Assembly (NCBI RefSeq): GCF_001194135.2
Contig: NC_068982.1
Location: 21,289,919-21,353,918, forward strand
Direction of reading: 5' to 3'
DNA: 64,000 nucleotides
Source of the DNA: Octopus bimaculoides
Taxonomy: Eukaryota
The translations under genes and the position numbers were made by a program. The notes below the pieces were generated by a model. The model searched no databases. It worked only from the letters and a program-made list of their open reading frames with translations, and had not been told where the DNA came from. Position 1 is the stretch's first letter; the number at the start of each line of letters is the position of its first letter. Shown here piece by piece: positions 1 through 13,580 of this stretch.

Positions 1-263
1 GGCTGCGTGTTATGTTCTTGAGCAAGACACTTTATTTTACGTTGCTCCAGTTCACTCAGCTGTAGAAATGAGTTGCGACGTCACAGGTGCCAAGCTGTAT
101 CGGCCATTGCCTTTCCCTTAGATAACACTGGTGGCGTGGTGTGGGGAGGCCGGTATGCATGGGTGACTGCTGGTCTTCCATAAACAACCTTGTCCGGACT
201 TGTGCCTAGGAGGGGAACTTTCTCGGTGCAATCCCATGGTCAGTCATGACTGAATGGTGTCTC
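1..263 (+). mobile_element. tRNA-derived SINE, family A (probably octopus OR-type), cut by window edge
   Basis: Near-collinear with 28889-29206 and the reverse complement of 35712-36048 (shared cttgagcaagacac...gttgcgacgtcacaggtgccaagctgtatcggcc...gtgcaatcccatggt...gtctcag). Confidence 0.85.
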
Positions 264-545
264 AGCATAGGTTGCAAAAACGTGATCGATACAATAAAAT
301 TGGTAGAAAGAAAGACGGAAAGAAATTGGGAGTGAATGGGAATAATCGCTATAGAAATCATTAAAATAAAACTTTAGATGAAAGAATATATCCCAGCAGA
401 GAAATAAGTGTGAAGTTGAACGATTGAAAGATTAAAAAAAGAGCAACTTCCAGAAACTACGAGCTGTATATAGAATAAGAGTTATACAGAAGTGAAAGTG
501 AGAGAGGGGGGGAATGCGAGAGACGGAGTGTGTATGTGTGTGTGT

Positions 546-591
<46 letters not shown>

Positions 592-601
592 NNNNNNNNN
601 N

Positions 602-638
<37 letters not shown>

Positions 639-662
639 AAGAGAAAGAGAGAGAGAGAGAGA
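546..662. repeat. (GA)n microsatellite, gap-interrupted
   Basis: Direct inspection. Confidence 0.95.
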
Positions 663-1370
663 TACAGAGAGGTAGTGGGTGTAAAGAAAATAATATAACA
701 TATAAGCACAAGGCAATGGAAGATCAACTGAAAATTGAATAAATTGTGAAGGTGAAATAGCTCGTCAGATAATATAGGAGGTACTTGATGGATTCGATGT
801 AGTGACAGGTAAACAACTCGATGCATATATTCCGCTGTGCACGTATAAGGCAGGGTATATGTGTGCCCATGAATACAACCGCACATCCTAGCATAAATAT
901 ATTCGTTTTGTTTAAACAAATATACATTCATGGAGAGATGTATACACATACATATATATACATACATATATACACATACAAATATACGTATAAAATCATG
1001 TGTGTGTGTGTGTATGTGTAAAATTGTGTGTGTCTGTGCATACACACACAAAGAAAGGGAGATCAAAAGGCATGCACATAAATGGATAGATACATTATAA
1101 ATATATAGATTTATTGACATATAAACACGTAGCCAGAAATATATATTTCGCTGTATAGATAAGCTCCTACAGATGCATACACATAAACATGTGTGGGTAT
1201 GTGTGTGTGTGTGTGTGGAAGCGGTATATGTATGTAAAGAGAGGGAATTTGAGAGACTGATGGGAGAAGAATGGGAGGCAACGAGTTCTGTGAATGGGAT
1301 ACAAAGCTAGATCCATAAAGGAAAATAAATCAAAGAACTTAGAAAACGCAACGGTAGAGTGGTAACGATA

Positions 1371-1409
<39 letters not shown>

Positions 1410-1923
1410 NNNNNNNNNNNNNNNNNNNNNNNNNNNNNNNNNNNNNNNNNNNNNNNNNNNNNNNNNNNNNNNNNNNNNNNNNNNNNNNNNNNNNNNNNNN
1501 NNNNNNNNNNNNNNNNNNNNNNNNNNNNNNNNNNNNNNNNNNNNNNNNNNNNNNNNNNNNNNNNNNNNNNNNNNNNNNNNNNNNNNNNNNNNNNNNNNNN
1601 NNNNNNNNNNNNNNNNNNNNNNNNNNNNNNNNNNNNNNNNNNNNNNNNNNNNNNNNNNNNNNNNNNNNNNNNNNNNNNNNNNNNNNNNNNNNNNNNNNNN
1701 NNNNNNNNNNNNNNNNNNNNNNNNNNNNNNNNNNNNNNNNNNNNNNNNNNNNNNNNNNNNNNNNNNNNNNNNNNNNNNNNNNNNNNNNNNNNNNNNNNNN
1801 NNNNNNNNNNNNNNNNNNNNNNNNNNNNNNNNNNNNNNNNNNNNNNNNNNNNNNNNNNNNNNNNNNNNNNNNNNNNNNNNNNNNNNNNNNNNNNNNNNNN
1901 NNNNNNNNNNNNNNNNNNNNNNN

Positions 1924-1970
<47 letters not shown>

Positions 1971-2995
1971 AGTGGATGAATAGTAGGATATCCACAACAT
2001 GTTTTAGTATAACATTATCTAAAGAGAATAATTTGAGCAGTAAAATAACACTATTTCAAAAAGTAAACCTTAATTTAGAATTAAGAGGAATGATATTAAA
2101 CCTAAAAACCTCAAATTATTTAGCTATCAATATTCGAAAGTCGACTGCTTTAGTAATCTCACAAAAGATATATATTATAGAATTCGAATCTAGAGCTTGA
2201 CCGCTCCATATCCAGCCAATCCGAATTTGTCCTTAAAATTGTTTAAATATCTTCAGATCTATGTCAGTTATAAAATATGATGGGATGATGTTATGCTGAA
2301 CGCTTTGCGCTAACATGCGGTAAATAATATTTACTACTGGTGCATATTATATCGATACAGGTAAAATATCAATGTAGATGCCTTGTATCAGCGTTCTTAG
2401 GGACTATTATTAAAAAGTAAAGATTTATAACTTTCACAAACCGTTAAATACGTAGAGATTTGATATTTTCATTGATTTTACGCATATTTTGTGACTTGCA
2501 TTTACGCCATCAAAGAAAATGAGAAATATCAAACTCTATCATCTCAGTCGTGTGGCATCTTGACATCCAGATACCTCTTTTCTCTATGTAGAAGTGGAAT
2601 GCAGTTGTATCGTAAAGAAGAAATATACATAATTCTGTTACGTTCTTCAAGTTTAATACGCGCATTCGTGCACACACACACATACACACACACACACACA
2701 TACACCCATATATATATATATATATATACACACATGTGCGTGTGTACGTGTGCATGTGTACTGTTCTGTGCATACATAACCGTCGATATGCACTGATGGC
2801 GATTAATAACGATTATATATATATATATATATNNNNNNNNNNNNNNNNNNNNNNNNNNNNNNNNNNNNNNNNNNNNNNNNNNNNNNNNNNNNNNNNNNNN
2901 NNNNNNNNNNNNNNNNNNNNNNNNNNNNNNNNNNNNNNNNNNNNNNNNNNNNNNNNNNNNNNNNNNNNNNNNNNNNNNNNNNNNNNNNNNNNNTA

Positions 2996-3027
<32 letters not shown>

Positions 3028-3114
3028 GGTATGTATACACACACATATATATATATAATAAATATACATATGTATATATATATGTATACACACACACATA
3101 TATATATGTACATG

Positions 3115-3290
3115 GGGAGAATTCACAAAAACGTAAAACAAATGTCGAAGATATGTGGTGTAGAAAACAAACAGATGTATTAGTATAATGCTCGGGAAGT
3201 GAAAACGTCTTTAACGTTTCGAGCCTACGGTCTTCCACAGAAATAATCAAGGGGAGAAAAGGAGAATGTGTAGTGTCTAGCGATCAGGGA
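3115..3290 (-). mobile_element. Solo ~180 bp Penelope-like terminal-repeat unit with degenerate hammerhead-like motif (3207-3243)
   Basis: Reverse complement aligns with 41065-41257 and is co-oriented with 35221-35402; rc reads ttt-CTGTGGA-A-GACCGTAGGCTC-GAAA-CGTT-AAAGAC. Confidence 0.7.
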
Positions 3291-3459
3291 GAGAGACAGA
3301 GAGAGGGAGAGGGGGGAAGGGGGAGTGAAAGAGAGAGAAAGTTATTAATGTTTTTGTAGAGTTTATACATATAATTACTTTAACATGAGATTGAGAGAAC
3401 ATTTTTAGTACATATAATTTCTTTTTCAAAAGTAAATCATCTGAGAATTGCTCGTCAGA

Positions 3460-3775
3460 AGTTGGAATCCTGACCACATGGTTCTGGTCTCAGTCCTTCT
3501 TCGTGGTTCCTTGAGCAAGTGGCTTCTTTTAAAGCCTCGGGCTGATGAAAGCCTTGTGAATATATTGTGAATGGAATGAAACGGAAACTGAAAGAAGCCC
3601 ATCATGTATACATATGTGTGTGAATGTGTGTATATATATGTGTGTGTGTCTGTGTGTGTTTCTCCTCTCTCCACCAGTTGACCACCGGTGTTGTTCTGTT
3701 TCCTGGGGGTGTTTGTTCGAATAAAATTCTCCAACGCAGTGCCCCTAAATGGCTGCATCTCATTACGAAAACTGA
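3460..3775 (+). mobile_element. SINE family C (internal microsatellite type), degenerate
   Basis: accacatggttc...cttgagcaagtg...aaagccttgtga...acggaaactgaaagaagccc then (TA/TG)n; matches 31395-31450, 32150-32280 and rc of 44554-44625. Confidence 0.7.
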
Positions 3776-6439
3776 CCTCTGAGTTTGAAATTATTAGCCT
3801 ACGTGAGACCGATCAATATTGGCTGGTACACCGAAGCTTAGCTTCGTTTACTTTGTGTCAATTTTTGAATGGAGTATGATAAATGTGACAGGTTTTAAAT
3901 GGTACATCCTGTTCTTAATACGCTAAATTCGAAACGCCTGACAAATTTAACTTGGCAAAATGCCATCTTCGGTTTACGCGTTATGGAAACTGCAACGTTT
4001 GTAAAGACAGGAGCTTTGCAAACGAAAGCTAACCTGGTTATTCTAGGGTTTTCCACAAACGGTGAATGTTACAGTACACAGTAGTTATAATGGCTAAATA
4101 ACGAGTCTTAAACCGACTTTAAATCAATAAACTGGCGAATGAAAGAAATGCTAACTGACAATGAAACATAACGAGCCGTTTCCAGTTTCATTCGACAAAG
4201 GTAAAAAGCGTTTCTATTGACTTGCAATACGTCATTAAAGAGATATACTATCGACCAACCTCATTCGTTCTTTGGATATACATTCCTGTCGCGCCAATTC
4301 TGTTCTTGACCTTCATAAATTTATCTCACAGGCGTTCTGTACAGTAGGCAGGTGAAAATTTTCCACTGACCAATAAAAGAGAACACACCGGCTACTAGAA
4401 ATGCCCCCTCATTTTTTTTTTTTTTGTGTTCTTTCAGTAAAAATATCTCGGGTTTATTTTTGTCATTATTTGCTTGTATTTTCACATCCATAAATTGAAC
4501 GGTGCAATACCGTGTTCGTCAGCTCAGCTGACGGATACAGATACGTTGCATATTGTTCATAGCCAGGTATAAGCCAAATGAACTTAAAAACCTTCGGAAA
4601 TGTGTTTTTCCTTCATCTGAACAAAACAAAACAGAAAGAAGAAAAGTACTTATTGCGACTATTTCAATTATTCTACAGTTTTATAAGAACATCTATAAGT
4701 CATTTCATAATACACCTTATATAATCCCCTCTCAGCGTCGACAATATCAACGTACCATTTCATTTTCTTGAGCTGATAAATTAAGCACCAATCAATTATT
4801 GGTACCAATATAGTTAACCATGCTCCTCCGCTATATTTCAGACCGTGAGCCAACATTACGTATAGACATTTCTTGTCTCTTTCTCAAATTATTGTCAACT
4901 ACAAAACCTAGGTTAATCTATCAAATAGAATCACAATAGCAACTTAAAAGTGAATATAACTAAAAATAGTTGATCAAAAATATTTTGCAGCAAGATATTC
5001 TTAATAGAGAATACGACCATCCAAATTCGAATTATCGTTGTGATTTAAACTTTCTATAGAACTAAAGAAATTCATTGGCATTTAGTCTTCCATGTTTAAT
5101 TTCCGGTTGAAACAACAAAACTTATGTGTACAGAGACATATATCTAGCAAGAATAGAAACGCTGCAATCAGTAATTTATACGCAGCTTTAAAAAAAATGG
5201 CTTCTAAAGCTAATATTTATTAAATGGCAGTGAAAAGTAATTTTATCACATATCTTAGTCCATAGAGGGGAAACGCTTGAGTGGATTATGTATAATACAA
5301 CCACTTCATTGATCATATATTCTACATCATTGCTTGAGTTTCGTTATGTTTTTGATTAGACCAGGTGATTTTACTCGCCTCATTTCTCTTAGATGTTGGC
5401 AGAAGTGCTGACCATCCACTAATAGATGCATTCGTTCATAAAATATCCCGCAATTGAATATATTTATTACATTAAGCCTCCAGCGTATAAAAGTGTTTGT
5501 TGTGTTTTAGTATATAAACTAAACTTGCTTCCTCATTCGGTACGAACACGTCTTCATCTAAAATATTCATTATAAAAATTCTTAAATCATTTTGAGAATA
5601 AAACTAATTTATTTTAAATTAGGAAAATCCAAATTCGACAAAATTTATTCCTCATTATTATTGGTAATTTCTCTCTCGTAGAAAAGTAATTAAATATTAA
5701 ATAGACGTCTAGGACATCGATATCGGATACAAATCTATAAAATTTTCACAAACACAACACCCACCATAAGAAAATCTTATATTTAATGATATTTTAATTT
5801 AATGGTGATCGACACATTAAAAATAGTTGTTACTGCTATTGTTGTTGTTGTCAGTTATCCACAAAATAACATTGATGAATAATTATGCAAGCCTCTAATG
5901 AAGAGCCTTTACGATTTAAATATTCTGTCTCCTTCATTACACGAACCAAGTAATATATTAATAAATTAATCAATTTGTTTTGTCGTAGTTGCTAGCAGTT
6001 TCATTTCAGTGCAATATCTATGAGGCTACAAAATCCTCATTTCAGCAATCTCAAATGCCAGTTTATTTCCACTCACCAGATATTGGTGACCGACAAAGTT
6101 TTGATTATATACATAAACCATATCTTGATTAGAACGCAAATGATTAACATCGTGATGGAATCTTTATTCATGTTTGCAGAAATTAAAGCATTTGTCATCG
6201 AATATATTGATTGTAATTGAAATGAATATATCGTGAGAGACATCGTGATAACATATATATCACTTATGATATTGTGAAATAGAAAGTTATTTTCTATATT
6301 GGACGATAAACAATAGAAAACTGAGATACGATGTATTGGCGAAAATATGACATCAACTTGATTCAAACTTTAGCTGATCAATTTCTGACAAAGAGTTAAC
6401 GTTGTTTTTATTGTTATAGTTTACACAAATGTCAAGTCT

Positions 6440-6590
6440 CGTCGACCGGTGGCCATCCCACAATTTTCCACGTGCTTAAGGGTCTAGATTGTGCACTATA
6501 TCATTCTGTTTCAAAAATAATATGGTATGATATGAGGGAGAAGATGCTGTTCTTTCTATTCCGTCGAACAGTCTGCGTAAAAGGCTTCCA
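6440..6590 (-). mobile_element. Degenerate copy of interspersed repeat family D
   Basis: tggccatccc...gatatgagggagaagatgctgttctttcta resembles rc of 62520-62730 and the same strand of 63485-63690. Confidence 0.45.
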
Positions 6591-7329
6591 CTTTGAGAGA
6601 TTATGTGCAAGTATCATTCGTTATCGTTTCTTCTAACCATCACATAAGTAGGTTTAACTGAGTAAATAATCAATACCGCATTATATTTCATCAACGATTT
6701 GTTTCTGAATTGAGAGCAATAATTAATTCATTGGCACACAGTGAATAATTGCCTCATATAATATACTCATCACTATGCGATATTGATGAAGAATACACTA
6801 TACAAGGCCCACACGCATATTCAAATTCCATTTACACTGTCTCCCTCTCTCTCACGTCTGTATATGTATGTATGTATGCGTTTATGTATATGTACATATA
6901 CATATGTGAGTTTGTGTGTGTGTATGCATAACGTATCTATGTATGTATATATATATATATATATATATATACACANNNNNNNNNNATACATATACTATAT
7001 ATATTCACATATGTGAATATATATAGTATATATAGTACATTTATATACATATACGTACACATGCATGTATGTATGTATGTATATGTATGTCTGTGGATGT
7101 ATGTATGAAAGTATGTATGCATGTTTATATTAATATTTTTCTTGAAGGAATGGCTTGTCTTTAAGAGAGAAACAAGAGCTCCATCGTCGGAGTCCAGATA
7201 ATAAAACAAGTGTGTCACTTACAGATGCTTTTGCAAAAAATCTATTATCTGCTCTGTTTCTTTGTTTCGATAACCTATCTTTTCAAAATTTTAGTCTGTA
7301 CGTTTTCTTACATAACGGAGTGGACTAAT

Positions 7330-8050
7330 AGTTATTGAATGTTAATTTGTCTTTGGTGCAACCTTTATGATTGTATACGACTGAAACTTTTATGATTATA
7401 CATAACAACGTTTCAGGGCCCAATAAATAAGTCAGCTCTTGAATTTGAACCGAGTAGAATTGTTGATGGGAATGTTCCGTGAATATTCTTTGAACGACTA
7501 TGTGTGCACGTATTCCATAGAATAGGTGTATGCATTTCATACAACCCAGGATAATGTTTTCTGCAGATTGTACTACATATTGTTTAAGCAAGACTATTTC
7601 TCAGTCGAAGTTAATATCTCGATGACATGTTTGAACAGCTCCTGAATACAAGTGTAATGTTCTATACAGAACAGTGACTTAATTGACACTTGCCTGTTAC
7701 ATCTTCGGCTTTAAGGTTTTGCCGTTCCGTTTGTCATGTGGTATTCTGTAGCTATTTCCTGATTTTGGATTCCAGAAGCATAGCCTTCGAAGTGTGAAGT
7801 GATGTAACAATCACAAATCCAAGAAAGGCTACATTTCATTCTAAAATTGTTATACATTCCGAGTTTGTGGGAAATATGACCGTTCATAACTTTCTTGTCG
7901 TATACGAAATTTTCATCGTTCAGAGAATTGCAAAGATATGTAAGAACTAGGTTTCTAGGTCTGTATGAAAGATAATCTGGAAATGAATGCTTCTTGAAAA
8001 GTCTACAGACGACTCTCAGGACATGGTTCACTTCATTTGCTGTCTTTCGT
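7330..8050 (-). pseudogene. Highly decayed CR1/L2-group LINE reverse transcriptase remnant
   Basis: Across frameshifts, minus-strand translation gives RVV.DFS.AF (cf. VYLDFSKAFD), KVMNGHIS (cf. QRVVVNG..S), KCQLSH (cf. KC.VMH), AENIILGCMK (cf. ANRILGCIK) and VVQRIFT (cf. VQRRFT), in the expected order. Confidence 0.5.
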
Positions 8051-8239
8051 TGGAACATTTATCTTTTATTGCTATTGTTTATCTGGTACTGCCTGAGTAA
8101 TATCATGCAGCATTCGAAAGCTGTCTCTTCACATTTGTTCTCTTCTCAGATAGGTTCTATCAATATTGGTGTTTCCAAGAGAATATATTACATTATATCA
8201 TATCATGTATTGTATATGTGGTGGGAGGATATGTGAATC

Positions 8240-8415
8240 AGTTGTCTACCATATGTGTGCGCGTTCCTGTACCATAGAGGTTCGACATGAGAACTGATAG
8301 AATAAATAACTGGCTCAAAATAATAACGTTTGGGTCTATTTGTTCGACAGCGCTCTTCAAAGCCATGGCCAATCATGACCGCAATCCAATGGCTAAAATC
8401 AGTAAACAAGTAAGA
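8240..8415 (+). mobile_element. SINE family C, 3' half
   Basis: gatagaataaataactggc...gggtctatttgttcgac...catgaccgcaatccaatggctaaaatcagtaaa; similar to 31723-31850 and 33070-33200. Confidence 0.6.
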
Positions 8416-10025
8416 ATAATATGAGTGTCTTGGAGTGTGTTTGTATATATATATATATATATATATATANNNNNNNNNNNNNNNNNNNNNNNNNNNNNNN
8501 NNNNNNNNNNNNNNNNNNNNNNNNNNNNNNNNNNNNNNNNNNNNNNNNNNNNNNNNNNNNNNNNNNNNNNNNNNNNNNNNNNNNNNNNNNNNNNNNNNNN
8601 NNNNNNNNNNNNNNNNNNNNNNNNNNNNNNNNNNNNNNNNNNNNNNNNNNNNNNNNNNNNNNNNNNNNNNNNNNNNNNNNNNNNNNNNNNNNNNNNNNNN
8701 NNNNNNNNNNNNNNNNNNNNNNNNNNNNNNNNNNNNNNNNNNNNNNNNNNNNNNNNNNNNNNNNNNNNNNNNNNNNNNNNNNNNNNNNNNNNNNNNNNNN
8801 NGGAGACAAATAGAGAAATAACTAGCAAATTTGCTAGTTTATGAATACTTGGTGTGTTTCGGAGTCAGTCTTTGGCTGCCATTTCTAGCATGAAGGGTTT
8901 CTTAGATACCCTCAAATATAATTTTAATAATATTTATTACCTATAATTTTTTTGTTCCCATGCTGGCCACTTGATATGATCATTATTTTAAATAATGGTC
9001 GTAACCTTATATATGCGTGTATATGTGAGCGTGTGTGTGTGTGTGAGTGTGTATGGGTGTGGGTGTGCGCGCGTGCGCACGTGTACGTGTCTTTGTGTGT
9101 GTGTTTGTATGCGTGTGTATATATATATATATATATATGTTGAAAGGGTGAACACAAACAGGAAGGGAACTAAAGACCTATGATGATTGACATATGAAAT
9201 AAAATAGTGATTCAACATAACGCAAGCAAAATATACCAAATATAAAAATATTAAAGATAGATTTCGCATTCGACGGAACAATTTGAAAAAGTAAACAAAA
9301 CGGAAATTAATCTGTGTGAAAGCCATCAAAACAGTAGAGCCATCCATCACACCATGATTAAATTGTATCAAGTGTTCTTTGATGAGAAGCTTCTGGCAAG
9401 CATTAGAGATATTGTTATTTCTTAAATTGCCTTTAATTCAACTGTGTTAATCTCCTATGATCCCATACCAATGACGTGACAGAATTTTATTCACGTCAAT
9501 AACTACCTTTCAGAATTCCCAAGCTACCAATTTGAAGCATTTATAAGGCCATTACTAAGTATACATACATTCCTTGATATGTTTGAATATGTGTATGTTT
9601 GATTCTATGTATGTTTGTAGGTTTTTTTTTTCTTTCTGAGTTTGTGTGTGTGAGAGCGAGTGTAACTATAAATGCATGCATTCTGTTTCAATTTGGTGTA
9701 TTGACCATTCAGCTCCTCAGGGGATTTCGTTTCTATCTTATTTTCAAAAAATATAAAGGTTGTAAACGTCATATATTTAATCATTCACCCTTTTAAATAG
9801 CAGAAGCTCTTACCGAATATTGTCCTAGACATCGCAATCAATGCGCGCGTATAAATAGTGGAGCTACATTAACTGTACAACAATCCGCGTCCAACCATAT
9901 TTTGATCATCGACGACGTATGTTTTTGAAATGGCTATTATTCAGACTGTGGGTGAGGGACATGTATCGGACAGGTACCATTCGGTCCGATGTGTCATAGC
10001 AGTTTTATTTTATTTTAGGTGAACC

Positions 10026-10920
10026 ATGGTACTGTGGACGATAGAATATTGTGTGCTTTCCAACAACAGCTACGTGAGTTTCGGTGCCACTTCAACATTC
10101 ACCGAAATCAGGCTGTTCTCCTACGTAGCACAATATTACGTTGGCTGAATGCACTTCGTACACGAGGTACACTAATGAACAGGAGACTGATGGGAGCGCC
10201 ACGAACGGTACAGACCCCTGGAAAATGTGGAACGCTTCAGACAAGTTTTGATACGGAGTCCGAATCGCTCTGCTCGGAGGTATTTCACTGAACTTGGCAT
10301 CGGCAATTGATTGGTAAGGCGTGTTTTGCATCAAGACCTGCATTTCCATCCGCACAAATTTGTCATTGGGCAACAGTAGAAACCTTGGGACTATGCACAA
10401 CGGCTTAACTTCGAATGACAGATGGAAGCAATTTTTTTAGGTAAATGACAAATGCATTTTGTTAATGAGTGATGAAGCTCAGTTTCCTCTGAAAGGCATG
10501 GTGAATCAAGAGAACAGCCGTTATTGACCTCTTGAAAATCCAAGACAACTGCATGAAAGATCACTGCACGGCCAAAAAGTGACGGTCTGGTGTGCTGTTG
10601 GAGAAGTTGCCATCGTTGGTCCTTACGTTTTTGAAAACAATAATGGAAATGCTGTTACTGTGAACTCCGAGTCTTACATCGAGATGATAAACATTTTTGT
10701 GCCTGACTTACACCGAAAACGTATGCCTATTCGACGTGCGTGGATTCAGCAGAATGGGGTGACGGCCCGCACTGCCTGTGTATCAATGGATGTTCTTCAC
10801 CCTCTCTTCGTTGATTGCCTCATTTCCAGGTTGGCCACTTCAGTCCCCTGATTTGTCCATGTGTGAATTGTTCTTGTGAAAGAACTTCAAGGTACGTGTG
10901 TATGCGCATAAGCTCCGTAC
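10026..10920 (+). mobile_element. Decayed Tc1/mariner-superfamily transposase, DUF4817-like N-terminus, probable DD41D (rosa/Visitor-like); 3' end runs into gap
   Basis: ATG 10026; FRCHFNIHRNQAV..STILRWLNALRTRGT; LMSDEAQF (first D); KVTVWCAVG..IVGPYVFENNNGNAVTVNSESYIEM; WIQQNG..LISR; WPLQSPDLSMCELFL.KNFKVRVY. Stops and frameshifts present. Confidence 0.85.
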
Positions 10921-12975
10921 NNNNNNNNNNNNNNNNNNNNNNNNNNNNNNNNNNNNNNNNNNNNNNNNNNNNNNNNNNNNNNNNNNNNNNNNNNNNNNNN
11001 NNNNNNNNNNNNNNNNNNNNNNNNNNNNNNNNNNNNNNNNNNNNNNNNNNNNNNNNNNNNNNNNNNNNNNNNNNNNNNNNNNNNNNNNNNNNNNNNNNNN
11101 NNNNNNNNNNNNNNNNNNNNNNNNNNNNNNNNNNNNNNNNNNNNNNNNNNNNNNNNNNNNNNNNNNNNNNNNNNNNNNNNNNNNNNNNNNNNNNNNNNNN
11201 NNNNNNNNNNNNNNNNNNNNNNNNNNNNNNNNNNNNNNNNNNNNNNNNNNNNNNNNNNNNNNNNNNNNNNNNNNNNNNNNNNNNNNNNNNNNNNNNNNNN
11301 NNNNNNNNNNNNNNNNNNNNNNNNNNNNNNNNNNNNNNNNNNNNNNNNNNNNNNNNNNNNNNNNNNTATATATAGGTTTGGCCAAATGTCATCTGAGAGT
11401 AAATCAAAACTATTTAATTTCAAGATTTATATATTTTTAACTGCTAACTGAATTTGATAAAAGCATCTAAATATGAAACAACATAAAAATTGTTCAGACT
11501 GAAGTCCTTCTTCAGCGACACATTTTCCCATTTGAGTCAATACAGAATTACAAATACTATATATGGAACTTTAATTTACTGTCGGGAGACTTTGGGCCAA
11601 ACCTGCATATATACTGCAAGAAATTGGAGTTTAAAAGTCTTAATTTTGTATGAAATGCGCAGTATATATACATATTGACAGGGGATTTAACCACCCCACG
11701 AGCGACTCTATAGAGCACTGGACTAGACTAATTTCGCCTAACCACCATAGCCTCATTAGCAGTGACTATTCAATCGCTCTATGGTTTGGCTAATTAATAA
11801 CATACCGAAGAGCTCTTACTCATAAAAGGAAGTATAAATAAATACACTTTCTAGAAATTTGTTGATTCCAAAACACTTGATATTAAACGTTCTGTTTCTT
11901 ACTAAATTTTGACAAAATGCTTACAACTAAAACGCATTCGACATCCATGACTGCATGCATTTCTCGTTGCTGTCCTAACTGCATCTAACAGGTCCGTTCC
12001 TTTTATTTTTGTGTTTTTTTTTTTTTTTTGTGGTGGGGCTGGGATTTCGTTGATTTCGTTGCAAACGAGATTTTTTCCAACAATATTTCTTACGAATGTA
12101 AAAATGTGTTGCGTTTATGTATCTGTGAATGTATGTATGAATTTTTGCCGTATTACTCACTGCTGTGCTAGAAAGTGTACTTGCTGATATAGTACAACCA
12201 GTGAACATCCGGCAATGTTTTGTTTTATCAACATTTCAATGCACTTATTTTCAAATTATTGCATGTATATTGCTGTAATCTTGTTACCTGTGTCGAAGCT
12301 GAACTCTCGTTGGTCGCTAAGAAACTACACTATGTGAGACCATATTTTATTAAGAATTATTGTAAAACATATTGTGATGTCCGAGACACGACTTAGGGAA
12401 ATATTATCCCCGTAGTATTCTTGTTAACACGAGACAGATATAGTGTTAAAAACATCACTCATCAATTTCTATATCTCCATAATTCACTGCCATCTACACA
12501 TAACAAGAACGAAACTGTCAGTTTTAGGATTTCAAACACTGCTCACAAAAACGCGAATTTGGAAAGTGATATTGTTATCGATAGGCTTCCAAAACGTTTA
12601 ACTAGCGAGCTACTTTTAATAAATATTTAAAACTGTCCCCCTATCGATCAATCCATTTATTTACACTCACACATCCGTATCACATATTCTTCTAAATGTT
12701 TTGCGCGAAATGTTTGTGTGAAATACCTTTACATGATTCTATCTGATTCCATTATACATATCCAGTGTTCCTCTAAGGTAGGCCCATCTTCAACTCGTAG
12801 CTAGTAAGTAACTTCTAACTCTTACAAATCATCTCCAGACTAGCCAACTACATGCAATATCTTATCTAAATTTATATTTATATACTGAGGGTGATAAATG
12901 GAATATTAATTTAATTAACATCAATTTAAAACCAGTGGCCTAGCATATAAAAAATCTGAAAATTCTGACAAAATT

Positions 12976-13227
12976 GTATTACATGGGTATAAGAAGGGAT
13001 AAACCACTAAGTGGACATCCGATATGCTAGAAAGAGATCATCAACGACCCAACCACAAAGAAAATAATGTTCTCTAGAAAAAATTCCGCTAACACCAGAA
13101 CATAACGTCTTGCTCGCTTATGTTCTAGCGTTTGTTGAATTTTCTTTGAGTTTGGATCGTTGATGATCTCTTTCTAGCATATCGGATGTCCACTTAGTGG
13201 TCATCCCTTCTTATACGCATGTAATAC
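12976..13227. repeat. Fold-back element: ~90 bp inverted arms plus inner hairpin
   Basis: 12976-13065 is a near-perfect reverse complement of 13139-13227; the spacer also contains agaacataa/ttatgttct and aattc/gaatt pairs. Confidence 0.9.
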
Positions 13228-13434
13228 GATATCTTATCAATAGTTCCATGCTGCAATCACATTTTTGTTTTGGTATTGTTTCAAAACTTGTTAATATAAC
13301 TTTACTCATTATTCATTTCTCTCTTAAATCATTGTTGTTTGAACGTAATATATCATATACACAAGTATATAAATATATGTATGAATGTATGTATGTACGT
13401 ACGGATTTGTATATGTATCTATGTGTGTGATGTT

Positions 13435-13481
<47 letters not shown>

Positions 13482-13580
13482 GGGGGATGTATGTGCGTGT
13501 GTGTGTGTGTGTGCGTATTGAGTGTGCGCGCGTGTATACCTATGTATATAAGTATATATACACTTATATAATCTTTTTAC

